The notes: generated by a model from the letters alone, not told the origin. 64,000 nt of DNA from Anolis carolinensis (GCF_035594765.1 NC_085842.1:301119749-301183748), one strand, 5' to 3'. Positions 39,101-52,869 are shown, numbered from the stretch's first letter. A program made the numbers and translations.

Positions 39101-41137
39101 AAGTAAACATTTAGACTCGTATCTTTGTTTTTAAACATCCCTTTCCCAAACAAATACACAGGTGGTAGAAATGTCAAACCAAGAATGGCACATTCGTGTT
39201 TACAAATTCTGTGGCTTCTGATACCTGTGTTTATGTGGCATTATGTGTTTGTGTCTGCAAATAATGGCAGATTTAAAACTTCAAAAGCAAAAGATTTTGG
39301 AAAGAAGGGTGGAGATATGAGAATAAAGTTGCAGAGAGCTAGCTTTCAGTTGTAATTGACATTTTGACTATGATTATCTTCAAAGTGGCATACATTGTGT
39401 GTCTGTCCATTGTGTTTCAATAATTTTTATCCAGCTGTTTATTCTTTCTACTTCAGGAAAAAGTATCATTATAATAATTTGTTGAATTCTTGAATAACAT
39501 TCCTTAAAGGGAACTCTTTTCCCTTTTCTGTATTTCCGTCTCCCTTCCTCCTTATCTCATCTATTCTTCAGAGATGGGAGTACACTGACAGTAATTTTAT
39601 AATTTTCCCATTTTGCTTCCCGTAGTAAATAGGAGAAAAAATGACAGAAAAACAATTTCAGTGCAATTTGTCCTTGGTTCTATCCAGTCATAGATTTTTA
39701 CAACTGAAGGAATGGAAAACAAACTCCTGGAATAGTATGAGAATTTTCACCTCTTATTTTTCGATCTAGCACAAGCTATAGCTGTTGATATTAAAGTTAT
39801 TTAAGAAAAATGGTACTCAAAATGTTCTGTGTGAAATATATCCACTGAGGGAACAAGATAAATGGGTCAGGGTCTCTGTACAGTTAGTAATTGAAAACTG
39901 TAATGATTTATAAAACTTCAGAAATAACAATGTTGTACACTTTTTGTGTTGGTTTTTAAGTTTTTCAGAGTTCTTTCAACAAAGGCAGCTTGTGAATAAA
40001 CTCTCACTTTACATTTTGGGGTTATTTTTTGTACGTTATAAAGCCTGCTCTGTTTAATCACCATTACATTTTTAAACAGCGAGGCCAAATTTGCATGACA
40101 AGGCAAAAAACCATAAGTTAACTACAAAGTGCTTAAAGATGTAATGGAAAGTAGAGTATTAGTCATATATCTGAAATTTACAAAATGCAAATAAAAAATA
40201 TAGGATAAGTTTCGATTCTTAAGTTTTTGGCATGGGCCAAGTCCACTTGTCGGATATCACATCGTAAATACAAATTTGACAAATTTGATATGACTTACTA
40301 TGACTAACAGAAAAAAATTGCATACCTCTAGTCATTATCTCAGCCCCCCTTGTGGAACATTTTGGATTTGGGAATATTTCAGATTTTGGAATTCTGGATT
40401 TTCAATTTATATCAAGTAAACCATGTGACAGATTGCAGCAGAAGTCTAAAGCAGTGTAGTATTTTGACAATGTGAGCTATGAGTCCATTCTCCAATAAAA
40501 TAAATATTTTTTATTATTAACTATATATATGGGAACATGTTTTCTATTTATTTATTTTATTTTAGTATCTTCTATGTTCTGATATGTGTAGAATATTCAA
40601 ACCATAATAAATAAAAATACAACCTAGAAATGACATATAAAATAGAGCAGATTCAGCAATAAATGGCTAAGTGTTTAGGACTATCATCTGTTTTGTTGAG
40701 AACATCTAAACCTTGCTCTGATATCACTAGCCTTGAATCACAAAGTAGATTGATTCAGATTCTAACTTTCAGATGTAAATTAGTTTGTTCCCCAAACAAC
40801 TGGCTATACAGATCCTTTCTAAGAATGTAGACCATCACCCACTTGAAGTTGTAGAATGACATCTTAGATGTGGCCTGTTTTTGGCCTATCCACCTTGTTT
40901 TCCCTCTAAGTTAATTGCATCGATTGTGAGAATCATTCAGGGAAAGGTGTAAAGCACTTGAAAATATAGAGACAGGGTGAAACATCAGCAAAACAAATAG
41001 CCATATAGTGTTTGCTTGTTTAATTTTGTCTTCGTGCAGGTTTGGTGTTGATCTGTTTTACAGAATTCAGAAAGCAAAGGTGAGAGCTTCAGCATTTCTG
41101 TTTAAGCCATGCTTGCTTTTCAAATTTCTGTTCCCAG

Positions 41138-41227
41138 GGTAAGATGGTAAAAGGAATGGGTGGCGCCATGGATCTGGTGTCCAGTTCAAGAACTAAAGTG
41201 GTTGTCACCATGGAACACGCAGCCAAG
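41138..41227 (+). CDS. OXCT1: OXCT1 exon 14 equivalent (90 nt)
   Basis: ttcccag|GGT AAG...GCC AAG|gtaaat; [30 protein letters not shown] (GMGGAMDL motif). Confidence 0.97.
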
Positions 41228-41298
41228 GTAAATATACAGATTTATTATCTTCTCAGCTTTTTTGTGGACTGGATATAATATGACAAAGGAATGAATTA

Positions 41299-41579
41299 CA
41301 CTATGTGACATGATTTTTGTTCCTGGGTTATAAATGTTATCTCTTAATAGGTTCTATCATAAAAACACAGAAAAGGTTTATTAAACTGCTTCACATTTTG
41401 CTATAGTTTTTCAGTGACTATCTCCTAGAGTCACAACCAATTCAACATAGTTTGCGGCAGCCACAAAAATGAAGTTTCTGGAGTATAATGACTACTTTCA
41501 AAGAAGGTCCTGCACAATTAAACAGGAAATAACGCTTTCAAACCAGGAACAGAACATTTTCAAATTTTATTACATAGTG
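41299..41579. mobile_element. Chapaev3-like non-autonomous DNA transposon, about 70 bp downstream of exon 14
   Basis: TTA|CACTATGTGACA...TATTACATAGTG|TTA (TIR plus 3-bp TSD). Confidence 0.78.
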
Positions 41580-43269
41580 TTATTGCTTACTCTCCACATC
41601 CTTGTTCCCTCTCATATTTATTCCCTGCGAAGAGGGGTAAGATCTGGCTCCATTCTGGTGGAGGTGACTCAATATATGTTTGCCTGTTGTCAGTTTCTTT
41701 GGGCTTGCCTTCACGTTTATGTCTGTATATTTTGCCATGCTGCTTCCTATCTGGGATCAATATCCCTTGTCTCTGTTCAGCAAACCAGTCCCTGTGGCAT
41801 TTCAAAATCTCGTTTTCATCTCAGCTTTTCTGTAGCCTATGATCTGCTATTGAATGTTCTCTGATCCTCAGAAGTAAAGACCACTGTTGGATAGTTCTTC
41901 AGAAAGGAAAGCCATTTCAGTCTGTTTTACAAAGAGTCTTGTGGTACCTTTCAGATTAACACGTTTATTTTCTTGAGCATTGGTGGATTAGTCCTCATCC
42001 ACATACACAGCTTTGGGAATTTAATAATCAAGCTTCAAGCACATTGTTGTGGGCAGATCAAAGTGAAATTCAATGCAGAAAATGAGAATTGTATTTTTTT
42101 TAACACTGACTGTAAACAGTCGATAAATTGTTATTTTCTGCATCCAGTTTCAATCTGATTCCAGCCATAATCACGTATGCTGTGATATATACTGAAACCT
42201 TTGGGTATGAGGAGTCCATGGCTTTAATCCATGAGATATGATGCTAAAATACATCTGTAAAACTTTGTTGTTCTGATGGCAGTCAATCTATTTAACTTGA
42301 CTGTTAAAAAGTCAGATATTTTCCTCTATGCTTAAAATAACGGATTCATGCATCATGTCATGATAGCAGTCTAGAAAAATGGTAACTCCTAACTTCATAG
42401 CCCAGAATTGACGTATTCAAAGTAGGCCTGAATACAAACAAACTTCAATATTAACTGCATATTTTGAGGGACATCTGTTGCAGATCCAGGGCTACTAAGC
42501 TGCATTTTAACTCCTGCTTCATTTACTATTCATTAACTACTAGGACTTTTTATAAGCAATATATGCCTCATCCCCATAGTTCATGGGGAAGGAAGTTTGT
42601 TAGCTGTGATGCCATGCCTTGAAAGCCCTTTTCCTGTGACCTATGGACAGTTCCTCAACAATAATTAATAGCTATGTCAACTTTCAAAGTTGAAGTGCAT
42701 TGGAGTCAAATAAATGGTGAGGTTTTGAGAGGCCTGTAGTATACATTCTTTTGATGTATTGAAATAAAACATTTCATCTCTTGGACCCAGCAAAATCAGG
42801 ATGCATCTTTTAGGGACTGGATAGGATTTCAAGGAACACTGTGCCTTCCGTCCATAAGGTTTATATCCATTGCAAGATTCATTTGGCTGATCTCTTTATT
42901 CTTTGTAGGCAGTTTGCAATGCTTCGGTTGGCTGGCTTTTTCATTCTTCCAGTCCCATGACTTTCTGAAAATAGGCTGTAATAATAACGGGGTGACATTA
43001 GGATAATCTTTAAGAAGCAGTGTTCTGCATTGCTGATGTCATGGTGGCTGTGCTGAAAACCTTCTCTTTCCACAATTCTGGGTATTTCAATCTCTATAGG
43101 ATGTGAAGAAGATGTGTTATATGACCTTAAAAGTATACCTGATGGACTGGTGGGAACTCTGTTTTAAAAATAGCATAGATAAGTGCCAGGAACAGAATTT
43201 GGAAGGTCCTTGAATTCAGCATTGTCACAGGTCCTTCAGTGATTTTTTACTTAATGATAGCCAGTCGCT

Positions 43270-43593
43270 GGGAGCCCAGGTGGCAAAGTGTGTTAAAGCA
43301 CTGAGCTGGAGACTAAAAGGTCCCAGGTTCAAACCCTGGGCGTGGCGTGAGTGGCCACTGTTAGCTCCAGCTCCTGCCAACCTAGCAGTTCGAAAACATG
43401 CCAATGTGAGTAGAGCAATAGGTACTGCTCCGGCGGGAAGGTAACAGCACTCCAGGCAGTCATGCTGGCCACATAACCTTGGAGGTGTCTATGGACATCG
43501 CCGGCTCTTTGGCTTAGAAATGGAGATGAGCACCAACTCCCAGAGTCGGTCACGACTGGACTTAACGTCAGGGGAAACCTTTACCTTTACCTT
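43270..43593 (+). mobile_element. full-length Sauria SINE
   Basis: perfect 12-bp TSD TAGCCAGTCGCT, A/B-box head, (ACCTTT)3 tail. Confidence 0.93.
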
Positions 43594-44443
43594 TAGCCAG
43601 TCGCTAATGGAGGAAACTGTCTTGAAAAGAGATGTTGATATGAACTAGTATAAATTGGGGAAAAGCAATGGTTCCCTACAACAAAGGAAAGGGGGAGAGA
43701 ATACTTTGATGATACAAGCTACTCAGGTTCTTATTTTTAAAGAGAAGGTACATGGTTTTCCACCAGTGAAATGCAGGTTCAACCTCTATAAAATTTAGAA
43801 AATGCACCATTGATTGATGTTAGAAAGCAGCACTTTCAAGGTTGCCTCTTGAAATATATAAATGTTAATGAAAAATGTAAAGGGGAAAATGTTACTAAAG
43901 CAAGACTGTCGAGATAGCTAAAAGCAGGTTTCTGGCCATTTTAAAAATGCCTTTCTGTTCTGCATTGACTTTTTGCTCCATGCACATAGATCCAGAGATT
44001 ATAATCTTTGCAGATTTTAAAACAAATATAGTTTCAACATCCATATGAACCATGCAAATGTGAACATACTTTCAGACATCAATTTGCTTATGTTTACAAT
44101 TTGTTTCATGGTTTGCTGGTTTGAAGATTTGCAGGAAATTATTTGTTTATTCACAAAATGTGTTTGCTTTTTCTTTCACCTTTTGGCAGCAAGGGAAGCC
44201 CCTTTGGAGACCGAGAGTAGTCTAGCATTTGAGAGAAACATTATAAGCAACAGTATTGGTTTCTTTGTTTGCCTTTGCCAATTAGCATATAACAAAAATG
44301 AGATAAAAGGGGGAAATACAATTAAATTCTTCTGTCATTGAAGAGTTACTTATTACAAGAGGATATGGTTATAACAAGATAAAGGCATACCTTGATATTG
44401 AGGCTAATCAGGACTGTGCTTCAATCGAGTACTTTTTAAAGCT

Positions 44444-44686
44444 GGAGGCCCGGGCTGTGGTGCAGGGGGGAGAGCAAGCCAGCTGCAATTAACTGCAATG
44501 CATCACTCTGACCAGGAGGTCATGAGTTCGAGGCCCGCTCGGAGCCTATGTTTGTCTTGTCTTTGTTCTTTGTTAAAAGGCATTGAATGTTTGCCTGTAT
44601 GTGTAATGTGATCCGCCCTGAGTCCCCTTCAGGGTGAGAAAGGCGGAATATAAATGCTGTAAATAAATAAATAAATAAATAAATAA
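44444..44686 (+). mobile_element. Anolis SINE2-like element (tRNA head, L2-like tail, (TAAA)n)
   Basis: gagttcgaggcc B box; gatccgccctgagtcccc...ggcggaatataaat tail. Confidence 0.85.
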
Positions 44687-45166
44687 CATCAGCATCTGGA
44701 GGATGATAAAAGAGGAAAAACACAGACTTTTGGTGTTCGAGTAGCAGCAGTCTTCAGTAAAACAATACAATAAAGTTTCATCAGGGGAAGAGGAGGATTT
44801 TACTCTGCCTGACCTCTATTATAGACATATATGTCTGCATAAAATAGGCAAGGTAAACAACTTCAGCCTCCAGAATCCCATATTGAGTACACATACGTGA
44901 ATTTTGAAATGGAGGGAAAGAAGGGGAACTGATAAAGCCTGCCTCACCAGCTACCCTCAACTTGCTAAAAAGCATCAATCTATGTATTTCATCTTCTAAA
45001 TTTAAAACAAATCACTCAGAAATCTGAATATTGCAAAAAATACACGTTTTCTGCATCAAAATGTTTACTCTCTGTAGAAAAAAATGTATTTTTGTATAGA
45101 CATTTTTCCCTAGTGAAGTGCAAAGAAATGTACGTTGAGTTTACTTCCATAGGAAGGCTGAAGTGT

Positions 45167-45790
45167 AAGAATCATATAACCATAGATCAGGACCATAAAG
45201 CCAGAGGACCTGCTTAGTGCAAGTCCTCTAGCTAGAATATCCCCACTAGGTAGCTGGCTAACCTGTTTCTGAAGAAGTCCATAGAAGGGGACACCACCAC
45301 CACTTTGGGCAATTGGTTTCATTGTCAAACTGGGCTTACTGTCAAGAACGTCCTTTTATGTTACATTGCAATCTACCCTCTTGCAACTTAAAACCATTCG
45401 ACCCAATTCTCTGGGGTGACTGTGCTCTCCTCTCTGTGTTAGCTTTTGGGGTGATTAAAGAGATCAGTTATGTCATCCCCTCAGTCCTCCCTTCACCAAG
45501 CTGAACATGCCCAGCTCCTTCCATTTTTCCTCATATGCTTTGTTCTATTTTTCCTCATATGCTTTGTTCTCTCCAACAGTGGTATCACCCTTGTTGTTCT
45601 TCTCTGAACCCTTTTCAAGTTGTCTATATTGTCTCTGTCAGTCTCCCCCCTTCTATATATTAATACAGTGCCTCTAATGAGGCCTGACTAGTAAATAATA
45701 TAGTGAGACTGTTACTTTCCTTGATTTGGAAACTAATTTGTGCAGTCTAAAAATCGCTTTTGCTTTCCTTGCTTCAGTATCATATCATGT
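45167..45790 (-). mobile_element. decayed CR1 LINE fragment
   Basis: agaatcatat tail on the left; aagctgaacatgcccagctccttc, typical of the antisense CR1 ORF2 end; contains a perfect 24-bp tandem duplication at 45523-45570. Confidence 0.65.
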
Positions 45791-46061
45791 TCAGTTATTA
45801 TCAACTGATAATATTTTAGGCTAACTTCCAGTTGCAATAGCTGTACTTTCTCTGACACAAATGAGTCTACAAAATTTAAGCAGTGGATTCAGAATCTTAC
45901 ATCAAAAGCTCAACCCTAGCAGAAGCACTACAGTTGGAAGTAGTGTAAATGTCTGTTGTTCTGAAAAGTAACGTACTCTGAGAACTTATGAATTTTCAGG
46001 AAGCGGTTTCATTTTGAAAAGCAATTGCTCATTTTCCCGTTTTCTCTCCCTCTCATTACAG

Positions 46062-46142
46062 GGCAATGCCCACAAAATTCTGGAAAGCTGCACTTTGCCA
46101 CTGACTGGGAAGCAGTGTGTGAATCGCATCATAACAGAAAAG
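46062..46142 (+). CDS. OXCT1: OXCT1 exon 15 equivalent (81 nt)
   Basis: ctcattacag|GGC AAT...GAA AAG|gtacat; [27 protein letters not shown]. Confidence 0.97.
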
Positions 46143-46852
46143 GTACATTTAAAAAAAATCCAATTGTCTTATATTCAGAATAGACTTATAAATTAAATTT
46201 GGTAGCAAATTCCCTAGAGTACATTGTGGGATGTTAATGTGTGTGTTAATGGGTCGGGGGTCTAATAGCCAATTTGATTCAGCTTAGCTGAGGAAGAAGA
46301 AGCAGAAATGTTATGTTCTCTTGAATTTAGAACAATTGCATCCCTCAAGCATATATACAAATGTACTTCTGGTTTTCTGACTCTGCAGGCATTGCAGCAT
46401 GTACTCTAAATGCCAGAATTTGTTTCCAGTCTGACTGCTTCAGAGGTAGCAGTCTTGCGCATTGCAGTCAAAATATATCCTACGAGTACAGATACGTTAG
46501 TCTGAGTTAGAAATGCACAGAATATTAGTATCAGAAACTCTTCAACCAGTGTAATCTGTGGGATTCCTATATACATTACGTCAATACTGATACTGCTCCC
46601 ACCCCCCAAGGACACTGCCTTGTATCAGCATAACTATTCCTGGATGGCTAGTGATATGTGGCAATATTCTGAGATAGATGCATGTGTTCTCTCTGGAATC
46701 AGCTCACTCCTTGGTTTCCTCTGATGGATTCCCAGAGGACAAGGACAGACGTAACGGATAATATCAGGGATATACCCATGTCAGCCTGTAGTAGCAGTAC
46801 TTCTTCCATGGATGGCGCAGAGTAGAACAAATCCCACCCTGACCACCTAGAT

Positions 46853-47352
46853 CAGGGTGTCGAACTCATTTTCATTGAGGGCCACATCAGCCGTATGATT
46901 TTCTTGAAAGTGGCGTTGAATCAATTGATGGAGAATCCGTGGATAGAAAGGAATAGCTATATATTTTTTGCACAGTTGTCAGTGTTCTTTAGTTTTTATC
47001 CAATTTGGATTCCTAGATGTTATTGAACAACAACTCCCATCACCTTTGATTATCTACCATGGAGGCTAAGGATAATGGGAATTACTTGTAGCTCTGAGGT
47101 TGGGGAAAGGTTAAAGGGCATTTTAATGCCAGACATCATTTCCACAAGCCTTGTATCTAAAGTCAAACACTATCCTGACTAAACAGAAGAAACGGCAGCT
47201 TTCCAGATCTTACTGTATCACAGTTCCCATCAGCTCTAGTCATTATGTCAAATGATGAGGAATATAGGAGTTGTAGTCCAGCATCTGGATGGCCACATAA
47301 AATGATATAGTGGGCCAATTTCAGCCTGCAGACTTTGCATTTGGCACAGATG
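46853..47352. mobile_element. hAT (MER30-like) non-autonomous element
   Basis: left end CAGGGTGTCGAACTCATTTTCATTGAGGGCCACATC, right end TTTGGCACAGATG; TSD ACCTAGAT/TCCTAGAT. Confidence 0.6.
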
Positions 47353-47360
47353 TCCTAGAT

Positions 47361-47495
47361 CAGTGGTTCTCATTCTGGGGTCCCCAGATATTCTTGGCCT
47401 ACAACTCCCAGAAATTCCAACTAGCTTACCAGCTGTTAGGATTTCTGGGAGTTGAAGGCCAAAAACATATGGGGGCCCCAGGCTGGGAACCACTG
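47361..47495. mobile_element. palindromic hAT MITE (135 bp)
   Basis: CAGTGGTTCTCA...GGGAACCACTG; TSD TCCTAGAT/TTCTAGAT. Confidence 0.85.
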
Positions 47496-47877
47496 TTCTA
47501 GATGAACTTAGAATGCTATGTGATGGAATAGAGACCATGGTCACATCCTCAGCTTTCCTGCTCCGTAATTTCTTTCTTAGATGGTAGCAAATGGGCACAC
47601 AGTGAATGCAGTCATTTGGAAAAGTTCCCTTTTTGCACCTTGTTATTGTGTGCATTTCTGACTTATGGCAATTCAAATGCAAACCTATCACTGTTTTCTG
47701 AGGCTGAGAGCATGTATTGTGCCCAAGGCCACCCAGTGGGTTTCCATGAGCGAGCAGGGAATTGCATCCTGGTCTCCAAAGTCATAGTCCAACATTGAAA
47801 CCACTACATCCCTTGATTACAGCACCACACATCTCCAATCAACTCAGCCATTTGTATGTTGGTTACAGTATTCTAAG

Positions 47878-47911
47878 AACAACAACAATAATAATAATAA
47901 TAATAATAATA

Positions 47912-47959
<48 letters not shown>
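47878..47959. repeat. compound microsatellite (AAC)3(AAT)9(TAT)~15
   Basis: read directly; source of the poly-Ile and poly-Asn/Tyr pseudo-ORFs. Confidence 0.95.
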
Positions 47960-47960
<1 letters not shown>

Positions 47961-48229
47961 CAAGCTCTGGAAACTGTTCTGTCATGTTGTTTTGAAATGT
48001 TTGTGGAGTCGAATGTTACCCACCTGTTATAGCTGATGCTGCCAATATTAATTGAAATAAGGCTATAATTAAGCAGACAGAAGAGAGCAAGAGAGACATC
48101 CTGCATCTGGAACTTGAGAAGATAAGGGATTGGTCCTTCTCATCTTGAGATATTGGGTAGACTCATCAAGTATTGCCTTGTTTTCTTTTTTTAGATTAAA
48201 ACTACTTATAATTAATTCTTATCCTGCAG

Positions 48230-48331
48230 GCTGTCTTTGACGTTGATAAGAAGAAGGGACTCACTCTGATTGAAATCTGGGAAGGACTGTCAGTGGATGA
48301 CATCAAGAAAACCACTGGTGCTGAATTCACT
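48230..48331 (+). CDS. OXCT1: OXCT1 exon 16 equivalent (102 nt)
   Basis: atcctgcag|GCT GTC...TTC ACT|gtgagt; [34 protein letters not shown]. Confidence 0.97.
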
Positions 48332-48709
48332 GTGAGTCACTCCCTGTTTAACTGTAGTCTTTTTCTAGCATGGTCAACAAATGAGCCGTGCCTCAGCCCA
48401 GGTTTCTGCACTTGCTTTGTCCATAATGTCTACTGCAAAATCATATTTGAAGGAAATTTGCAGCAGAAAACGATGAGAGGGACAAAACAATTTCTTCTTT
48501 CCTTCCGCCTCCCCACCATTTCTATCTCGCACACTCATACTTTCCTTGTCTTCATTTATGTGATGAGCAGATGCCATGACTCAGTGTGGAACCTAAAACC
48601 TGACAAGCCCAATGTCAAGGTCTATAATGCCTTCTCTAACATGACATCTTAATTCAACATGGGCAGCATTGATTAAGAATAAGTTATGCCCTTTCCCTAG
48701 ACACTAAGG

Positions 48710-48844
48710 CAGTGTTTCTCAACCTGTGGGTTCCCAGATGTTTTGGCCTTTAACTCCCAGAAATCCTAACAGCTGGTCAACTGGCTGGGATTTCTGGGAG
48801 TTGTAGGCCAAAACACCTGGGGACCCACAGATTGAGAACCACTG
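48710..48844. mobile_element. palindromic hAT MITE (135 bp)
   Basis: perfect TSD CACTAAGG; near-perfect fold-back along its whole length. Confidence 0.9.
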
Positions 48845-51800
48845 CACTAAGGTAACAGTTTCTCTAGATAAGGCATTTGGAGATTATGATAGGTGGCACA
48901 TTCATGGTTTTGTGTTGGGCATAATAAGCATATTAACACAGAATGGATTTTGTAGCAGACTGTGTGTGTGTTTTAGAGGGGAATGTGAAGGAGAGTGCTT
49001 GAAATATGCATTGTGAGTGAAGAATTAAAAGCAGCATGGACTGTCATTTGGGAATATGGATTTGGTCAGCAGATCATTACAAACAGGAGATGATTCAGAG
49101 GTGCAGTAGGTTAGCTGAGTGGATATACATGTTTAAGAAATAATTAGTTCTGATGGCATTTCTCCCAGACCTTGCTTTATTCTGCATTTGGTTCTTTGCA
49201 TGTTTAAAAGCATTTTGTCGCTGCTCCTTAGCCAGAAAGCATTCCTGGGCTTCCTGAGAAATAACAGTGCCCACACACTAACTTCTAGACTAAAATATAT
49301 GAAGCATAATTTTAAAATGATGGTTTTGGCATGGAACCAAGCCCAGAAACTTTTTAGCATTATAATTGCCTTCCACTGAATTGGCTTTTCTTTGCTAATT
49401 CAATTGCCAGCGTCTTAGGATCATTATCAGCAAGCCCTATGTTTGAATAGACTCCTGTACATCTACAGTGGAAATGAACAAAAATAGACTATGGTGTCAG
49501 ATTCCTCTGACACCTCATCCACCCCTTTATTTGCACCTTGCCTTCTCCCCACACTGGGACTCAAGGCAGCTGACAAAAGATTACAATAAAATGCACATCA
49601 TTGAAATATACAAAAGCAGAGATCTGTTATTACACTAGCAACAAAAAACAGTACAAGCCCAGAAGGCTTGCTGGAATAGAAATGTCTTCACCTGCCACTG
49701 AAAAGACAACAAATAAGGAGCGATCTTAGCATCTCTAGGAAGAGACGTTCAAGTCCTGGGAGCAGCCATGGAAAAAGTTCTCACTCATGTTCCCATCAAA
49801 CATGCCGTCGAACACGGTGGGATACTTCTCTCTTTATTTGAGGACAAAAAAACCCTACCAAACAAAAGCCTCATAGTATTTCTGATTAGCATTGCAAAGA
49901 TGGAAATAGTGAAAGCAGCTTGTGGCAGCTCATATGAGAAACTATGTCCCTTCAAAGAGCCTGGACACTCATCCTCCCCACCCTGCACACAGACTGGTGG
50001 GAAAATTAAGTTGTGTTTCTGAAGATCTTTGTAGTAAAGCAGGATTGGTAATTTAAAAGTTAGTGGGTGGCAGGCCTACTTTTAGAAAATTAACCACATT
50101 CTCTCAAAGTCTGTGTTGCTGTGACTTCAATTTCAGTGATTTATCCCTGTTCTTTCTCTCTTTAAAATACAGCAATTCAGAAAAAAATGTATATTTTGAT
50201 GAAAGATGTGGCTGTATTTTATTATTTTTATAGGTTTAAGCAAGGGGCATTTTTCATAGCGCACAACAACTTTATAACTAGAGAAATGATTTAGAGCTAC
50301 CGGTCTTTAATGCTAAGCTGGCATTATACTAGCAATAAGAAATATGTTCTGAATTTTCCTGGACTTTGGCTTTTCAGTCACCCTAAATCAGATTTATTGT
50401 TCAGCTTGTAGATCATCCTGCCTGAGCAATCTGTTTCGATTTATGGAGGCCAAATTTATAATCAGAATTATAACAGTATGATGGGGAGTAGAAGAGAATG
50501 GAAAGCCAGTGTTGAGTAAATTTATTAGATACTAAAAATAATAATTGTTCAAGTTGTTATATGCCAAGGTTTAGTGTCTTCCTGAGAAACTTCATTATTT
50601 GTGGAAGGACACAAAAATATACTAAGCCTGCAATCCTGTGCCCATACGCCTAGGAGCAAGCTACACTGAATTCAGTGCGATTTGTTTCTGATAAGATGAA
50701 TATAGGACTGAACTATAAAGATGAACTTCCAATGCAGCAATGAAGTAAACTGCTTTCAAGAGGATAGAGTGACACAATTCTTAAGTGATACCACAAAGAT
50801 TCCTGTGGCAGCTTAAATACTCAAACATTATTAAGCCATGAATATATCATAGCTGCTTTCATGCTTTCAGTCGGTAGGCTGTTAGGAATTGTGGGAGTTG
50901 AAGTCCAAAACACCTGGAGGGCCAAGGTTTGCACCCATGCCTGAGCTAAAGTGTCCCTAGAAAATAACTGTCCAACTTCTTTTAGAATCTGTCCAGAGAA
51001 GGACGTATTTCTAATGTTCATATGAAATCTACCCTCCACTAACTTCAAAACAATTAAATCTGGTTCTGCCCTTTGGGTAGCAGAGAACAAGCCTGCACCC
51101 TTCTCTCTGTTGACAGCCCTTACAGAGTGCAGTTGTGACAGTCCTTGAGATAGTTAAAAAGTGCAACATTAAAAAGTGCCATCCCGTCTTTTTGATACAT
51201 ACCATGTTGACACATTCATCCCAGATAAAAATCTAGGGATCATAGATACTTTTCAACACACTGACATGGCATTCAAGAATGAGACTTCTAAGCCCTAGGG
51301 GCTGTCACAAAAGTTCACAGAGTACTGCTATCTTGAAGAAGACATGGTGCCTCAATATCTGATCAGACTAGGATTACCATACTTTGAAAAGCAAAGAAGA
51401 GGATACATTTGCTGATTACTTCAAATCACGCTGAGGACTTTTAAATATCACCACTTTGTATAATATGTTGATTGCTGATACGGTATTCCTGACCTCTGTA
51501 TCTACAGTTTCACCTTCCCTTTCCACGACTGCTTCTTCCAACAGCTCCCTCACTTACTTGACCAAGCTGCATTGTGCCATTGCCCCCACGTGGCCAGAGG
51601 CCCTCAGACACCTTACTTGGCTAGTTCACTTACTCCTTTGGGATTGATCTCCCCACTCCCAATCCATCCATCCCTCTTTCTTTCTCTTTCTTGCTCTCTC
51701 TTTCACTCCCTTCCTCCCTCTGAGCGCTCTGCTGGGCTGGCCTCTATTCCTTCTCCTACCAGAGTTCTTAATGGAGCTGATGAACTGATAACGAGGATGT

Positions 51801-52493
51801 GGCATTGGTGAAAAGGGCATAAAGAAGCTGCAAACATTTTTTTTAAAATCCCCAAACATTTTAAAAATCCATCCAAGTTTTACTTCTGAAAAAAGAGGAC
51901 ATATTCAGGAAAAGGAGGCTGTATGGTAGCCCTAACTCAGACTGTCCTCCCGTACAATGACATGACCATCTCCTCTCACCATCTCCCCAATTCCCAGACT
52001 GAAAATGAGTGTGGTATATTTTAATTTCATTTTGTTTACATTTCATTTTTATCCCGTGTGGGACCCAAGACAGATAACAAAGTAGGCTAAAACACAATGC
52101 ATCTGAGCCTCAGTCATAATATTAAAGGAAGAGGTTTTGTTAAAAAGTCTAGTTAATTAAACTATATAGTCAAACCAGCATTGAACTAAGTATAGTTCTA
52201 AAAAGTATTTGGAACATAACAAATGAAGGGGGAAGTGCTGCATCCCGCACTGATAGATCTTTTTGTATTTGTTTGTTTGTTTTGTTTTGATTCCTGTTAT
52301 TTGTTTGTTTTGTTAGTGGTTGTTTATTGGTTTATTTTAGTTAGTGATTAAGGATGTTGGTGTGAGATTTGTAGATCCATTTTTCACTGAGGGGTGAAAC
52401 TCTGTGGATGCTGTTGGGCTCCTTACTCTTTCTCACCTTGGCTAACCTGACAGGTTTGCTGAGAATCAGTTGAGGAAGATAAACCACCTAAAC

Positions 52494-52869
52494 CAGAGCT
52501 TTCCAAACATTTCATGTTGGTGACACACTTTTTGGACCTGCATTGTTTCGCAGCACAGTAATTAAGTTTTACTAGCAAAATGGAGGTTAAACCAACCTTT
52601 TATGAGAGATATGGACACATACATAAATTGTAATACAGAAATGTATGGGGACACAATGTATCTCATGAAATTATTTCATTTATATTCTTAAAGATACATG
52701 ATTTATTGCTGCTTTCACATAGATAATGTGAAAGAAGCCATCTGTATCTGTCTATATATCTATATCTATAAAAAGAGGTTTCTTGTTACGTTTGCATGAC
52801 ACACCTATATACTGCAGCTATATACTGCAGCTGACACACTAATGTTGCGACACAATTTGAAAAGCTCAG
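52494..52869. mobile_element. non-autonomous hAT element
   Basis: TIR CAGAGCTTTCCAAA/TTTGAAAAGCTCAG, subterminal GACACA repeats, TSD ACCTAAAC/CACTAAAC. Confidence 0.7.

Noticed and set aside
47248-48106. Longest ORF in the track (147 aa) and the poly-Ile / poly-Asn ORFs
   Set aside because: They run through a palindromic MITE, a SINE and a trinucleotide microsatellite; no splice or homology support.
51500-51540. tctacagtttcaccttcc reading VSPSL, resembling a duplicate terminal exon
   Set aside because: The G of the AG is also the first base of the Val codon, so splicing would be out of frame; similarity ends after 3 residues; the true exon is at 53898.
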